Virus record (IMG/VR): IMGVR_UViG_3300025875_000774
Location: 1 to 48,973 of that record
Length of the DNA: 48,973 nt
Origin: a virus
Lineage: Duplodnaviria; Caudoviricetes
Reading direction: 5' to 3' (one strand)
Shown here: piece after piece, positions 16,211-26,405 of the stretch
How positions within the stretch are numbered: position 1 is the first letter of the stretch
Layout: each line of letters starts with the position of its first letter
The notes under the pieces: model-generated
Seen by the model: the letters and a program-made list of their open reading frames with translations, nothing else
What the model was told of the DNA's origin: nothing
Database searches by the model: none
Program-made: the position numbers and the translations under genes

Positions 16211-17711
16211 GCGACGCCATGACGGCCCTGATGACCGCGACCGGCACGAACCCACTCACGTGGCTGTTCGGCTGCGTCGTCGTGTGCGCGCTCGTCGTCG
16301 GCCAGTACGTGGTCGGGGCGATGAAGGCGAAGAGGGGGGGGCGCCGATGACCGAGGACCGCGCCGCCGCGCTGACCCGTCTCCTGCGCCCCGAGCTGTAC
16401 CACGGCCCCCACGCGAGCCCTGAGCGCACCCGGCGGTGGCGGGAGGCCGTCGCGCTCGTCAACGACACCGTGCGGCTCATCGAGCAGCGCATGGCCGAGG
16501 CGTACGCCGCATCGGACGCGGGCCAGTTCGCGGCGGACCTGGTGGACCGCTTCGAGGAGTTGGGCGACACGGACGGCGTGGAGATGGTGCGTGAGGCGTA
16601 CGCCCGGCACATCCCCGTGGTCACCGACCCGTCCGCTCCCCCGCCGCGCCCGCCGCTGACGCAGGAGCCCCGGCCGCCGAGCGTGCGGGCGCTGGAAGTG
16701 ACGACCGGGCCGATGGCCGCAGTGATCAAGTTCGACCGACGACGAGGAGACAAGCGATGAGCGAGAGCACTCGAGAGCGCGATTGCGAGATCTGCGCGCA
16801 CGCCGCCGAAAAGCACGACGGGATGGGCGACTGCACTCACCCCGACGCGCGCACCGGCACGGGCTTCTGCGCCGCACACGAGCACTACGAGCGGCAGGCC
16901 ACCCGATGACCGCCGACACCGGCCGCTGGGAGGGCATCGACCGCCGCACGCACGCCGCGCTCGGCGACAGCACCCTGCGCGCCACGTACCTGTCCGGGGT
17001 GGCCACCGGGCACGAGGAGGCGGCGGAGGCGATCGTTGCCCGCCTGGAGCGGGTGTGGAACGACATGCCGCATGACTTCCGCACAGGAGTACTGGCGGCA
17101 GCGGAGGTGGCTCGGCATGGGTGAGCCGGCGTTGATTGGTTGGCTGGATATCGGCGCCTGCCCGGCCGGGATGGGTCGCCACCTCGGGCCCGTCTATGTG
17201 TCAGGCGTCGGGGTCAAGTCGGCTTCCGTGCCCGGCGCCTATCCGGCCAACACCGACGTGACGACGCACATCTGCGGGTGCACCAGCGAGGCATCGCCAT
17301 GACCGACAAGCCCCCCGACCCGTGGGCTCGCCTGCGCGCCCGCCGGGACAAGGTCGTAAACAGCCACCCCGAGGACTGGCCCCTCGCCCGCCTCGTCCTC
17401 ACCGTCGAGGAGTTCGACCTGCTCATGCTCGTCATCGACGAGAGGGCCAAGCCCAGGCTCCGCAGCATCGAAGGAGGAGGCAGGCCATGACCACCGACGA
17501 CCAGGCCCGCCACGACCGCCTCGCCGCAGCCAGCCAAGCCGCCTACCGCGACCGGGCCCACCAAGGCATCTGGCGCGTCGTCGGCGTCTTCGACGAAGAC
17601 CTCCACGCCCACCTCGTCTACACCGCCCGCCTCGAACGCGCTCTCGCCGAGAAGGACGCACGCATCGCCGAGCTCAAAGCGCTCATCGACCGCCAGTACC
17701 GCACCGCCTGA
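16207..17711 (+). CDS. Seven small coupled hypothetical genes (16207-16350, 16347-16760, 16757-16909, 16906-17124, 17117-17302, 17299-17490, 17487-17711)
   Basis: Chain of overlapping starts/stops with RBSs. Confidence 0.5.
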
Positions 17712-17726
17712 CCCGAGGAGACCGCA

Positions 17727-18506
17727 GTGACTTCCCCCGACGAGCTGCAGATCACGCTCCGCGCGACCCTCGCCGCCGTGGCCGGCGACTGGGACGCCCT
17801 CATGGATGCCATGCACCGCAGCAGCGGTGGCCCCACCATCGGCTCCCCCAGCAAGGACGTCCGCCTGCCCGGCGGCACCGACCGGCTGGACCTCATCGAA
17901 GCCATCAGGCGCTGGCTCGCCTACTGGGTCCACTCCGTTCAGGACGAGGTCGCCTGCGCCGCGACAGGCGGCCTCTACGCCAACGACGTCTACGCCATGG
18001 TCGCCTGGCTCCCCGAGCACGCTGAGTGGATCGCCAACCAGCACGACGCCCCCGAGGAGGTCGAACTGTTGGTGAAGCTTGCCAAGCGCCTCCACGGCAT
18101 CGTCGAGCCCGCTGGCGTCAGGCGCCCCGCAGTGGGGCCCTGCCCGCACGTCATCGACGGGCAGCCCTGCTACGGCACCGTGCGCGCCCAGTTCGGCCAC
18201 GAGCACGGCCACCGCGACCTCATCTGCGACGCCAACAGCGATCACGCTTGGGATGCGCTGAGGTGGAAGCAGCTCGCACGGGACATCGACGCACGTGCTG
18301 GCCGCGAGACGGCCGACGACAAGATGACCGGCGACGACCTCGCCGCGTGGATGAGCGAGCGCTTCGGGCGCAGCATCCAGCCCGCCACCATCCGCAAGTG
18401 GGCCAGCCGCTACCCCGAGAAGGTCAAGGCGACCGAGGGGAAGTATGACCGGGTCGACGTGACGGCCTGGTACATCGAGCGCGAGGCGGAGAGGATCGGG
18501 GCATGA
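17727..18506 (+). CDS. Zn-ribbon plus C-terminal HTH protein; candidate late-gene activator
   Basis: CP..C..C..H motif; IQPATIRKWASR HTH; located just before the late region. Confidence 0.6.
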   Translation: MTSPDELQITLRATLAAVAGDWDALMDAMHRSSGGPTIGSPSKDVRLPGGTDRLDLIEAIRRWLAYWVHSVQDEVACAATGGLYANDVYAMVAWLPEHAEWIANQHDAPEEVELLVKLAKRLHGIVEPAGVRRPAVGPCPHVIDGQPCYGTVRAQFGHEHGHRDLICDANSDHAWDALRWKQLARDIDARAGRETADDKMTGDDLAAWMSERFGRSIQPATIRKWASRYPEKVKATEGKYDRVDVTAWYIEREAERIGA

Positions 18507-18898
18507 AGGACATCGACGAGTTCGCTGCTCGATCAGGTCGCTACATCCGCCTGCCGGACGGCCCTGTGGGTCACCTGTCGCTCGTGGTCGGCTCCAAGCG
18601 GCCTACAGTCCGCGAGGTGTGGAACTGGCTGCGCCAAGGGCGCCCACGCGCCACCCCTGTGGTCATGCGCCAAGGGACGATCACCGCCGATGTGCCAGCC
18701 GACTGGGATGGCGCTGTCCTGGATGAGGTCACCCTGGATGGATGGGCCATCGCCCACTCTTTCCAGGCGTCGGGTATCTACTCCATGGCCGACATCAGCG
18801 TGGACCTCATGCGCCGCTATGGCGCCACCGCTCGCTACCCGGACGGGCGAACTGAATGGCGCCCGGTCGAGATCCTGGAAGGCGAACTCGCGACGTGA
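18503..18898 (+). CDS. Hypothetical protein
   Basis: ATGA coupling. Confidence 0.55.
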   Translation: MKDIDEFAARSGRYIRLPDGPVGHLSLVVGSKRPTVREVWNWLRQGRPRATPVVMRQGTITADVPADWDGAVLDEVTLDGWAIAHSFQASGIYSMADISVDLMRRYGATARYPDGRTEWRPVEILEGELAT

Positions 18899-18961
18899 CG
18901 ACTCTGCACGGAATGCTGGCGAGTGACCGCCCGATCACCTAGTGTGTGACACCTGGTAGTT

Positions 18962-19220
18962 CCGCCGACCCCGAAAACGGGCGGCGGGCCACCTCGCAGG
19001 GAGTGGCCGTCTGTCGTGGGCAACCTCGACACCCGGGTATCCGGCTCAAGCCGGCCATCCCACCCACCACCCAGGCCCCGCGGTGACCGGTGACGCCGGA
19101 AGAGCGGGGCACCACACGTGGCTAGCCCGGACAGCCGGGTAAGCACCACGGGCGACACGCGCCGGGCTGGCTGGGCGCGCACGACAACGTCCCCCGAGGT
19201 CGGCTAGCCCGCAGGCTTGG
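18962..19220 (+). ncRNA. Candidate structured RNA / late leader
   Basis: Consecutive hairpins in a 330-bp gap lacking a convincing ORF; three units end in ACCA. Confidence 0.3.
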
Positions 19221-19228
19221 GAGGCGCC

Positions 19229-19378
19229 ATGGACGTCGCCACCCACGACATCCGCGAAGCGCTCGAACAGGCGACGCGCACCTTCCCCGTGGTCGACGCC
19301 AAGGACCGCGCCGTCAGGACAGCAGTCACCGACCCGCTGCTGGATGCGTGGCTAGAGGCGCGCGATGGGCAGGGCTAA
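19229..19378 (+). CDS. Small hypothetical protein
   Basis: GGGAGG RBS, 49 aa. Confidence 0.45.
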   Translation: MDVATHDIREALEQATRTFPVVDAKDRAVRTAVTDPLLDAWLEARDGQG

Positions 19379-19709
19379 GCGGGTGTGCTCGCAGGCCGGG
19401 TGCCCCGTGCTCGTCGACTCGGGCCGCTGCGTGGACCATGCGCGCGAGGCCGACGCCAAGCGTGGACGACGACAGGCCCGCGGCTACGACGCCGAGCACG
19501 ACAGGCTCCGGCTGCAGTGGGCTCCCCGCGTTGCCGCCGGCGCGGTCACCTGCTGGCGATGCAACGAGCTGATCGCACCCGGACAGGCATGGCACCTCGG
19601 GCACGGCGTCGACCGCAGCACCTACGGCGGCCCCGAGCACGTGAGTAGCTGCAACCTGCGCGCCGCGGGGCTCGCCAGTCACGGCAAGGCATGGGCGCCC
19701 GGTCGCTGA
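19365..19709 (+). CDS. HNH-type packaging endonuclease
   Basis: CWRC...WHLGH...GPEH..CN; directly upstream of terminase. Confidence 0.75.
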   Translation: MGRAKRVCSQAGCPVLVDSGRCVDHAREADAKRGRRQARGYDAEHDRLRLQWAPRVAAGAVTCWRCNELIAPGQAWHLGHGVDRSTYGGPEHVSSCNLRAAGLASHGKAWAPGR

Positions 19710-19830
19710 GCGTGACCGGCTGGCGTTGATGGTCACGCAGGGTGGGGGGACCCCCCTCGACCATGATCACCTCCGGACCGCCGGAGAGGTGCCTCGCAGT
19801 CCAGACCCCTCGGTTCATCCCGTACGCGCA
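19710..19830. other. Probable cos/packaging-site region
   Basis: Gap between HNH and terS with GGGGGGACCCCCC and CACCTCCGG..CCGGAGAGGTG dyads; positional inference only. Confidence 0.35.
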
Positions 19831-19844
19831 TGGAGGCGGTGACC

Positions 19845-20228
19845 ATGAGTGACGCTCCGGCTGGCCTGAGTGCCCGCGGAGAGCGCCTGTGGGGCTCGCT
19901 GCTGGCCCAGGATGCGTCGCTGACCCACGAGGACGACCCCCGTCGCGAGGTGGCGCTGAGCGCCTGCCGCACTGCTGACCGCGTGGAGCTGCTGGAGACG
20001 ATGGCCGCCCAGGTCGACCCGGTGGTCGAGGGTCGCGCAGGTCCGATGACTCACCCGTTGTTCGGTGAGGTCCGTCAGCAGGCGGCCCTGTTGGCTCGCC
20101 TGGTCGCCGCTCTGCGGCTCCCGGACGACGCGACCGGGAAGCGCCCCCAGAAGCGCCCCTTGCGCGGGACCCAGGCGCCCTCGAAGGTGTCGAGCCTGGA
20201 CCGGGCTCGGGCGGCCAAGTCCTCGTGA
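19845..20228 (+). CDS. Terminase small subunit
   Basis: PAGLSARGERLW...ACRTAD...HPLFGEVRQQ; GGAGG RBS; synteny. Confidence 0.8.
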   Translation: MSDAPAGLSARGERLWGSLLAQDASLTHEDDPRREVALSACRTADRVELLETMAAQVDPVVEGRAGPMTHPLFGEVRQQAALLARLVAALRLPDDATGKRPQKRPLRGTQAPSKVSSLDRARAAKSS

Positions 20229-21853
20229 GCTGGGGCGGCCCGCTGTTCGACGGCCACGTCCCGTCCCTGGGCTACGAGGTGCTCGACTGGATCCATGAGT
20301 TCGAGGTGCACGGCCCGGGTGACGTCCAGGGCGAGGCCCTGGACTACGACGACGAGATGCGCGAGTTCCTCATCGAGGCGTACCGCATCGACCCGAAGAC
20401 GGGCCGCCGCGTCTACGACGAGGGCGTGCTGTCCCGGGCGAAGGGGCGCGCCAAGAGCGAGACCGCCGGCCACATCGCGGTCGCGGAGGCGTTCGGCCCG
20501 GTGCGCTTCGACGGCTGGAGTGCCGAGGGGCAGCCGGTTGGTCGCCCGGTGGTGTCCCCGCTCATCAAGTGCCTCGCGACCGAGGAGTCGCAGGCGGGCA
20601 ACACGTTCGAGAACGTGGCGTTCATCGCCGGCGAATGGGGCCCAGACGCCTTCCCGGAAGTCTTCGGTGGCGTCAGCGGCATCCGGCAGTACCAGTCGGC
20701 GACGGCGATCTACCTGCCGCACGGTGGGGAGATCCGGGCCTGCACCGCGGGCAGCGCCTCGAAGGATGGCGGCAAGGAGACATTCGTCGTCGCCGACGAG
20801 ACGCACCTGTACGTGCTGCGCGAGCTCAAGAACATGTACGGCACGGTGCGGCGCAACCTGGGTAAGCGGATGGGTTCCCAGCCCTGGATGCTGCAGACTT
20901 CGACGGCGTACCGCCCCGGCGAGCAGTCCATCTTCGAGGAGACGCTGACCGCCTGGCGCAAGGGCGAGCTCGCGTCGACGATCCTGGTGGACCACCGCGA
21001 AGCCAAGGGTCGCATCGACATCACCGACGAGCCGCACACCATGGCGCAGCTGCGGCAGGTGTACGGCGCCGCTGCGGGGTGGATGGATCTGCCGCGGCTG
21101 TACCGGGAGATGTGTGACCCGCGTTCGTGCCCGGATGAGGCGACGGCGGCCCGCTACTTCCTGAATCGGCCGATGAGCACAGTGGACGCCTGGATCGCCA
21201 AGGACGTCCATGCCCGCCAGGACGTCAGTGCCGAGCCGGCCGAGGGCGATGACCGCCCGCGCCCGTCCGCGGTGGTGGATCCTGGTGAGCCGATCACGCT
21301 CGGCTTCGACGGCAGCCTCAACGACGACACGACGGTTCTGCGGGGCTGCCGCATGTCGGATGGGTTCCTGTTCCGGATCGGTGCGTGGCCGAAGCCGGAG
21401 GGTGCTGCTGGCATCGGCTGGGAGGTCCCGCGCTCGGATGTCCTGGCGACGATTCGTGAGGCGTTCGGGCGCTACGACGTGGTCCGCGGCTACTTCGACC
21501 CGCACGAGTGGCGCAGCGACATCGACGCCCTGGCCGAGGAGTTCGGCGACCGCGTCATCTCCTGGGAGACGCGCCGCGAGGTGGCGATGGGCGCGGCGCT
21601 GGACCGCCTTCACACGGGCTTCGTGACGGGCGAGATCTGGCACGACGCGGACCCGCTGGCCGCAGAGCACTACGGCAACGTCTACGTGCGCCGCAAGGGC
21701 CAGCACCGGCTGGTCCGCAAGGAGAACCCCAACAGCGCCCGCAAGATCGACTCCGTGGTCGGCGACGCGCTCGCCCTCGAGGCTCGCGCCGACGCCATGG
21801 CGGCCGGCTGGGGCGCGAAGTCCGACACCAGGGTCATCATCTTTCGACGGTAG
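20225..21853 (+). CDS. Terminase large subunit
   Basis: RAKGRAKS Walker A, VVADETH Walker B, LGFDGS and KIDS nuclease motifs. Confidence 0.93.
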   Translation: MSWGGPLFDGHVPSLGYEVLDWIHEFEVHGPGDVQGEALDYDDEMREFLIEAYRIDPKTGRRVYDEGVLSRAKGRAKSETAGHIAVAEAFGPVRFDGWSAEGQPVGRPVVSPLIKCLATEESQAGNTFENVAFIAGEWGPDAFPEVFGGVSGIRQYQSATAIYLPHGGEIRACTAGSASKDGGKETFVVADETHLYVLRELKNMYGTVRRNLGKRMGSQPWMLQTSTAYRPGEQSIFEETLTAWRKGELASTILVDHREAKGRIDITDEPHTMAQLRQVYGAAAGWMDLPRLYREMCDPRSCPDEATAARYFLNRPMSTVDAWIAKDVHARQDVSAEPAEGDDRPRPSAVVDPGEPITLGFDGSLNDDTTVLRGCRMSDGFLFRIGAWPKPEGAAGIGWEVPRSDVLATIREAFGRYDVVRGYFDPHEWRSDIDALAEEFGDRVISWETRREVAMGAALDRLHTGFVTGEIWHDADPLAAEHYGNVYVRRKGQHRLVRKENPNSARKIDSVVGDALALEARADAMAAGWGAKSDTRVIIFRR

Positions 21854-21865
21854 GGGGTGGCCGTC

Positions 21866-23287
21866 GTGGCGCTGTCCGACGACGAGGCGGCGACCTTCAA
21901 TCGGCTGTCGGGGCAGATGGGTCGCGACCGGAACCCGCTCCTGGCCCTGGATGCCTACTACGAGGGCATCCACCGACTGGAGACCCTGGGGCTTGCGGTC
22001 CCGCCCGAGCTTGAGCGATTCATCACGACGGTGAACTGGCCGCGGATCACCGTGGACTCTGTCGAGCAGCGGTGCGACATCGAAGGCTTCCGCCTCGCCG
22101 GCTCGGACGACCTGGACGACGACCTGTGGGCGATCTGGCAGGCGAACGGCCTGGACGAGGAGTCCCAGCAGGCCCACCTGGACGCCATGATCTTCGGGCG
22201 GTCCTACATCTGCATCGGGTCGCGGTCCCCCGAGGACCCGGACCCAGACATGCCCCTGGTGACGGTGGAGTCCCCGCTCGAGGTGACCCATGAGATCGAC
22301 CCACGCACCCGGTGGGTGAGCGCGGCGCTGCGCAAGACGCGCACGCTGCAGGGCCAGGGGCCGACGGCGGAGTACGCGACGCTGTACCTGCCGAACGAGA
22401 CGATCTGGCTGGAGCGCTCGGGTTCGACCCGCGGCTGGGCCGAGGTTGACCGCGACGAGCACAGGCTTGGCCGGGTTCCGGTGGTGCCGCTGGTGAACCG
22501 GTCCCGGCTCAAGCGCCGGTACGGGCTGAGCGAGATGGCGGACGTCATCTCACTCACGGACGCGGCGTGCCGGGCACTGACGAACGCGCAGGTCGCGACC
22601 GAGGTGCTGGCGGTGCCTCAGCGGTACGTGCTGGGGGCTGCGCCGAAGGACTTCGTCGACCAGGACGGGAACCCGGTCACGCAGTGGGAGACGTACTTCG
22701 GCGCAGTGTGGGCGCTGCAGAACAACGACGCCAAGGTCGGGCAGTTCGATGCCGCTGACCTCAAGAACTTCGAGACCATCGTGAACCACTACGCGAACCT
22801 CGCCAGTGGCGTCTCGGGGCTGCCGACGCGGTTCTACGGGCAGTACACGACGAACCCTCCGACCGAGGGCAGCATCGTCGCGGACGAAACGCGCCTGATC
22901 ATGAACGCCTACCGCAAGCACCGGACCCTCGGTGGCTCGTGGGAACTGGGCAACCGGTTCGTGCGCCGGATCATCGACGGTGTGTGGCGCCCGGAGCTGG
23001 CGCGCATGGAGACGGTGTGGCGTAACCCGGAGACCCCGACGCGCGCGCAGCAGGCGGACGCGGTGACGAAGCTCGCGTCGGTCCAGGTGAACGGCAAGTA
23101 CCTGATGCCGCTGGAGATGGCTCGCGAGGAGCTCGGCTGGTCGCGGGCGAAGCGGGAGCGGGCCCGGCAGTACGACGAGGAGTCGGCTGAGTCCGATCCG
23201 GCCGTGACGGCGGTCCGGCAGGCCACGCGGACGTTGACCGACTTGACGTCTCCGAGCGAGCCGGTCCGGGCCGATGCCCCTGCCTGA
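21866..23287 (+). CDS. Portal protein (SPP1 gp6-like)
   Basis: YYEG, NWPRITVD, VPVVPLVNR motifs; synteny. Confidence 0.9.
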   Translation: MALSDDEAATFNRLSGQMGRDRNPLLALDAYYEGIHRLETLGLAVPPELERFITTVNWPRITVDSVEQRCDIEGFRLAGSDDLDDDLWAIWQANGLDEESQQAHLDAMIFGRSYICIGSRSPEDPDPDMPLVTVESPLEVTHEIDPRTRWVSAALRKTRTLQGQGPTAEYATLYLPNETIWLERSGSTRGWAEVDRDEHRLGRVPVVPLVNRSRLKRRYGLSEMADVISLTDAACRALTNAQVATEVLAVPQRYVLGAAPKDFVDQDGNPVTQWETYFGAVWALQNNDAKVGQFDAADLKNFETIVNHYANLASGVSGLPTRFYGQYTTNPPTEGSIVADETRLIMNAYRKHRTLGGSWELGNRFVRRIIDGVWRPELARMETVWRNPETPTRAQQADAVTKLASVQVNGKYLMPLEMAREELGWSRAKRERARQYDEESAESDPAVTAVRQATRTLTDLTSPSEPVRADAPA

Positions 23288-24191
23288 GGCCGCGGCCTCG
23301 CACTACCGGCAGGTTCAGCGGGTGCAGCTGGTCACGATGGCGGCCGCTACTGCCGCGTGGGGCCGGATGGGTCCGGACTTCGATGCCTCGTGGCGCACGG
23401 TGGGACCACTGCTCGTCGGTCTGGTGGGCGCCGCACAGGGCGCCGCGGCCCGCTCGGGTGCTGCGTACGTGCCGGCTGCGCTCGAGCAGCAGGGCGTGGC
23501 CGTGGACGCGCTGGCGGAGGTTGCGCCGGAGGCGTTCGCGGGCGTCGCCTCGGATGGGCGCCCGTTGGACTCCCTGCTGTACGGGGCGGTGACGACGTCG
23601 AAGGCAGCGTCGGTCGGCACGGTGGCCCCGGAGCGGGCGCTGTCTGCCGGTGCGGCGTGGCTGGAGATGGCGGTCCGCACGCAGGTGACGGACGCCGGCC
23701 GTGCTGCAGCGTCGGTGGCGGTGGCGGCTCGCCCTCGGGTGGGCTGGACGCGGGCAGTGAACCCGCCGTGCTGCACCCGCTGCGCGATCCTGGCGGGCAA
23801 GTGGTTCCGCTTCAACGACGGCTTCCTGCGTCACCCCCGCTGCGACTGTTTCCACTTGCCGTGCGTGGAGTCCGGGCTTGGCGAGGTCGCCACGGATCCG
23901 GCGCGACTGTTCTCCGAGGGTCGCGTCACGGGGCTCCGCGCAGCGCAACGCCAGGCGGTTGCCGACGGCGCCGACCCACTCCAGGTCGTGAACGCCGACC
24001 GGGGCCGATCGGCCGGCGGCATGTACACGCTCGAGGGCACGACGAAGCGCGGTGTCGCCAACCGGGCGCGCCGCGCCGCGGGCCTGGCGCGAGCGAACAC
24101 CCGCCCCACGGTGGATGCGATCTACCGCTACGCGAGCGACCGCGAGGACGCCCTGACGCTGCTGCGCCAGAACGGCTACCTCGCCCCCTAG
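23274..24191 (+). CDS. MuF-like minor capsid / head maturation protein
   Basis: CCTRCAILAG...RHPRCDC; follows portal. Confidence 0.78.
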   Translation: MPLPEAAASHYRQVQRVQLVTMAAATAAWGRMGPDFDASWRTVGPLLVGLVGAAQGAAARSGAAYVPAALEQQGVAVDALAEVAPEAFAGVASDGRPLDSLLYGAVTTSKAASVGTVAPERALSAGAAWLEMAVRTQVTDAGRAAASVAVAARPRVGWTRAVNPPCCTRCAILAGKWFRFNDGFLRHPRCDCFHLPCVESGLGEVATDPARLFSEGRVTGLRAAQRQAVADGADPLQVVNADRGRSAGGMYTLEGTTKRGVANRARRAAGLARANTRPTVDAIYRYASDREDALTLLRQNGYLAP

Positions 24192-24219
24192 TTGTAGTGG
24201 GTCATGACCTTGTTGACGG

Positions 24220-25275
24220 TCAGACGTCGAAGAGGGACCACTCGGGCTCGGTCTCGGGCAGCGCGATCACCTGAGACTCGACCCGGGGCCCGACCACGAG
24301 GGTCCGGCTGATCGGAGGCCGGTAGCCGAGCGCCGAGTGGGGCCGCTCGTGGTTGTAGTAGTTCAGAAACTCCGCCAGAGCCTCGGTCCGCTCGGCCTCG
24401 CTGGCGTAGGCGCGGCGGCGCAGCCACTCCTTCGACATCGTCTGGTTGTAGCGCTCGACCTTCCCGTTGGTCTTCGGTGAGTAGGGCCGGGTCCGCTTGT
24501 GCACCGTACCGGTCTCTTCGAGTGCGGCGGCGAATGCGCGTGAGCGGTAGCAGGAGCCGTTGTCAGTCAGGCACCGGCGGATGCTCTCGATGCCGAAGTC
24601 GCCAAAGAACAGCGCTGAGCGGAGCCAGAAGTCGGCGGCCGTGACGCCCTTCTCGTCTTCGAGGACCTCGGTGTAGGCCAGGCGCGAGTAGTCGTCGACG
24701 GCGCTGTGCAGGTAAGCGTTGCCGATCCGTCCGGTTCCGCTGCCCTTCCGCTTTGACGCCTTGTGCTGCTCCGACCCCTGGCCGTGAACGGCCCACCCGC
24801 CACCGGCGGGGATCTTCCCGACCTTCTTGATGTCGACGTGGATCATCTCGCCGGGCGCCTGGTGCTCGTAGCGGATGACGCGGGCGAGTTCCCCAGTGGG
24901 CGGGTCCATGTCCCGGACGCGGCTGATGCCGTGGCGGGCGAGGGTGCGCTGGACGGTGGCGTCGGAGACCTCGATGCCCACGCTGTTCAGGTGCGCGGCG
25001 ATCCGCGCCTTGCCCCACTTCTCGGCCCGGCGCAGTTCCAGGATGGCGGTCACGACGTCGTCCTCGATGGCCGATGGGGAGCGCGCTGGCCGCGAGGAGC
25101 GGTCTTCTAGGCCGACCTCGCCGAACCGCTGCCAGCGGGCGTACCACTTGCTCAGCGTGGCGCGCGAGACCCCGGACTCGGCCGCGACGTGGGCGATGGG
25201 GCGCCCGCCGTCGATCCGCAGACACAGGCGTCGCCGACCCTCGGGACTGAGGGGCGCGTTCCGGTGTCCAGCCAG
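24220..25275 (-). CDS. IS481-family DDE transposase (apparent CTG start)
   Basis: HRNAPLSPEGRRRLC N-terminus; HVDIKK, LTDNG, NGKVERYN catalytic motifs. Confidence 0.92.
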   Translation of the reverse strand: MAGHRNAPLSPEGRRRLCLRIDGGRPIAHVAAESGVSRATLSKWYARWQRFGEVGLEDRSSRPARSPSAIEDDVVTAILELRRAEKWGKARIAAHLNSVGIEVSDATVQRTLARHGISRVRDMDPPTGELARVIRYEHQAPGEMIHVDIKKVGKIPAGGGWAVHGQGSEQHKASKRKGSGTGRIGNAYLHSAVDDYSRLAYTEVLEDEKGVTAADFWLRSALFFGDFGIESIRRCLTDNGSCYRSRAFAAALEETGTVHKRTRPYSPKTNGKVERYNQTMSKEWLRRRAYASEAERTEALAEFLNYYNHERPHSALGYRPPISRTLVVGPRVESQVIALPETEPEWSLFDV

Positions 25276-25295
25276 GTCACGACCTTCGCTAGTGC

Positions 25296-25333
25296 TTGCT
25301 TAGTTAGCACCGAAACGCTAACATAGTGAGCAC
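25296..25333 (+). promoter_or_regulatory. Passenger-operon promoter TTGCTT-N17-TAACAT with GTTAGC-N8-GCTAAC dyad
   Basis: Hexamer spacing; palindrome 25303-25322; GTTAGCAC/GTGAGCAC repeats. Confidence 0.6.
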
Positions 25334-25349
25334 CGACGAAGGAGTGAGC

Positions 25350-25523
25350 ATGGACAAGGAACTGAGCCTGGCGACCCGCAAACTGATGGTGCGGATGGAG
25401 TTGGCCAACCGGTGCCGCCTCTACCTGGAGGCATGGGACAACACCAGCGTCGACGACCAGATCGTTGCGGACCTGGCTGCCGTCGCGCAGGTCGCAGTGG
25501 CCGTTGACCAGCAGGGATCCTGA
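25350..25523 (+). CDS. IS passenger 1, hypothetical
   Basis: AAGGAG RBS. Confidence 0.65.
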   Translation: MDKELSLATRKLMVRMELANRCRLYLEAWDNTSVDDQIVADLAAVAQVAVAVDQQGS

Positions 25524-25918
25524 TGAGCGAAGCCAGTGACCGGGAGGCAGGGGCTCGCGCCCTCCGCGCCGCCGCTGACGCTTGGGATGCGGCCGAGCCC
25601 GGCGACCTGCTGTACGGCGAGACGGGCGTCGACTGGCTCCGCGACCGCGCTGACCGCCTGGCCTCCGAGCCGACGGACGAGCGCCAGTGCCGGGAGTGCG
25701 GCGACGCGGTCCAGTACCTGTCCAGCCGCGACCTCTGCGATGGGTGCGAGGCCGAAGCGTCCGCGCACGCGCCCGGGGCGGCAGGCACCTGCGCCACCTA
25801 CCCGGACTGTGTCGCACCGGACAACGACCAGCCGCTGCACGAGCACCAGGCCCCTGACTTCTGGTGCGACAAGTGCGAGCAGGCAGGCGCTCACGCCACC
25901 GACTGCGAGGACTTCTGA
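25523..25918 (+). CDS. IS passenger 2, multi-Cys Zn-binding protein
   Basis: CREC..CDGC, C..C, CDKC..H...C; TGATG coupling. Confidence 0.65.
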   Translation: MSEASDREAGARALRAAADAWDAAEPGDLLYGETGVDWLRDRADRLASEPTDERQCRECGDAVQYLSSRDLCDGCEAEASAHAPGAAGTCATYPDCVAPDNDQPLHEHQAPDFWCDKCEQAGAHATDCEDF

Positions 25919-26169
25919 TGACGAACCTCAATCCATCCGGCGTCCGTCGTGCGCCCGACAACGTCAATGCGCCAGAGGGCCGCGCCGCGTGGGCGCTGCC
26001 GTGGCAACCGATTGAGTCCGGGCGGCGAGCCGCGCTTCTCGCATGCCCCGGCTGTGGCGCAGCGGTACCGCCGAGCAACATCGAGGCTCACGTGGACTGG
26101 CACAGGCAGCAGTGGGACACGATCCTCACCATTGCCCTGGGCGGCCGGAAGCGCTGGTGGCAGCGGTGA
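25918..26169 (+). CDS. IS passenger 3, C2H2-type finger protein
   Basis: CPGC...HVDWH; TGATG coupling. Confidence 0.6.
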   Translation: MTNLNPSGVRRAPDNVNAPEGRAAWALPWQPIESGRRAALLACPGCGAAVPPSNIEAHVDWHRQQWDTILTIALGGRKRWWQR

Positions 26170-26405
26170 CCGGACGAGCGCAAGGCCACATCGAAAACAC
26201 GCCCGAGCAGGTTCGCGCTTGGACCCTCGGCTGGGAAGCCGGGCGTGAGCAAGGCAGGCAGGAGGCGCTCGAAGAAGCGGCCACGCAGATGGACGCCCTG
26301 GCGGCAGATCGGGCCCTGCCCCTGGCCGTCCGGCAAGCGTTCACCTCGGCCGCCGCCGGGCTCCGTGACGTTGGCCGCCGCTTGGCCCAGAAGGCGACTC
26401 CGTGA
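26166..26405 (+). CDS. IS passenger 4, helical hypothetical
   Basis: GTGA coupling. Confidence 0.55.
   Translation: MTGRAQGHIENTPEQVRAWTLGWEAGREQGRQEALEEAATQMDALAADRALPLAVRQAFTSAAAGLRDVGRRLAQKATP

Noticed and set aside
16334-16341. G8 tract as a phase-variation switch
   Set aside because: Short run in a GC-rich genome that doubles as an RBS; no variation evidence from one sequence
18999-19114. Intact tRNA gene
   Set aside because: Units are too short and lack canonical TTC T-loop, D and anticodon arms; kept only as a structured-RNA candidate
20075-22462. Long antisense ORFs (this one, also 29416-30834, 43693-45144, 45587-47212)
   Set aside because: Shadow frames of real high-GC genes; no motifs or RBS
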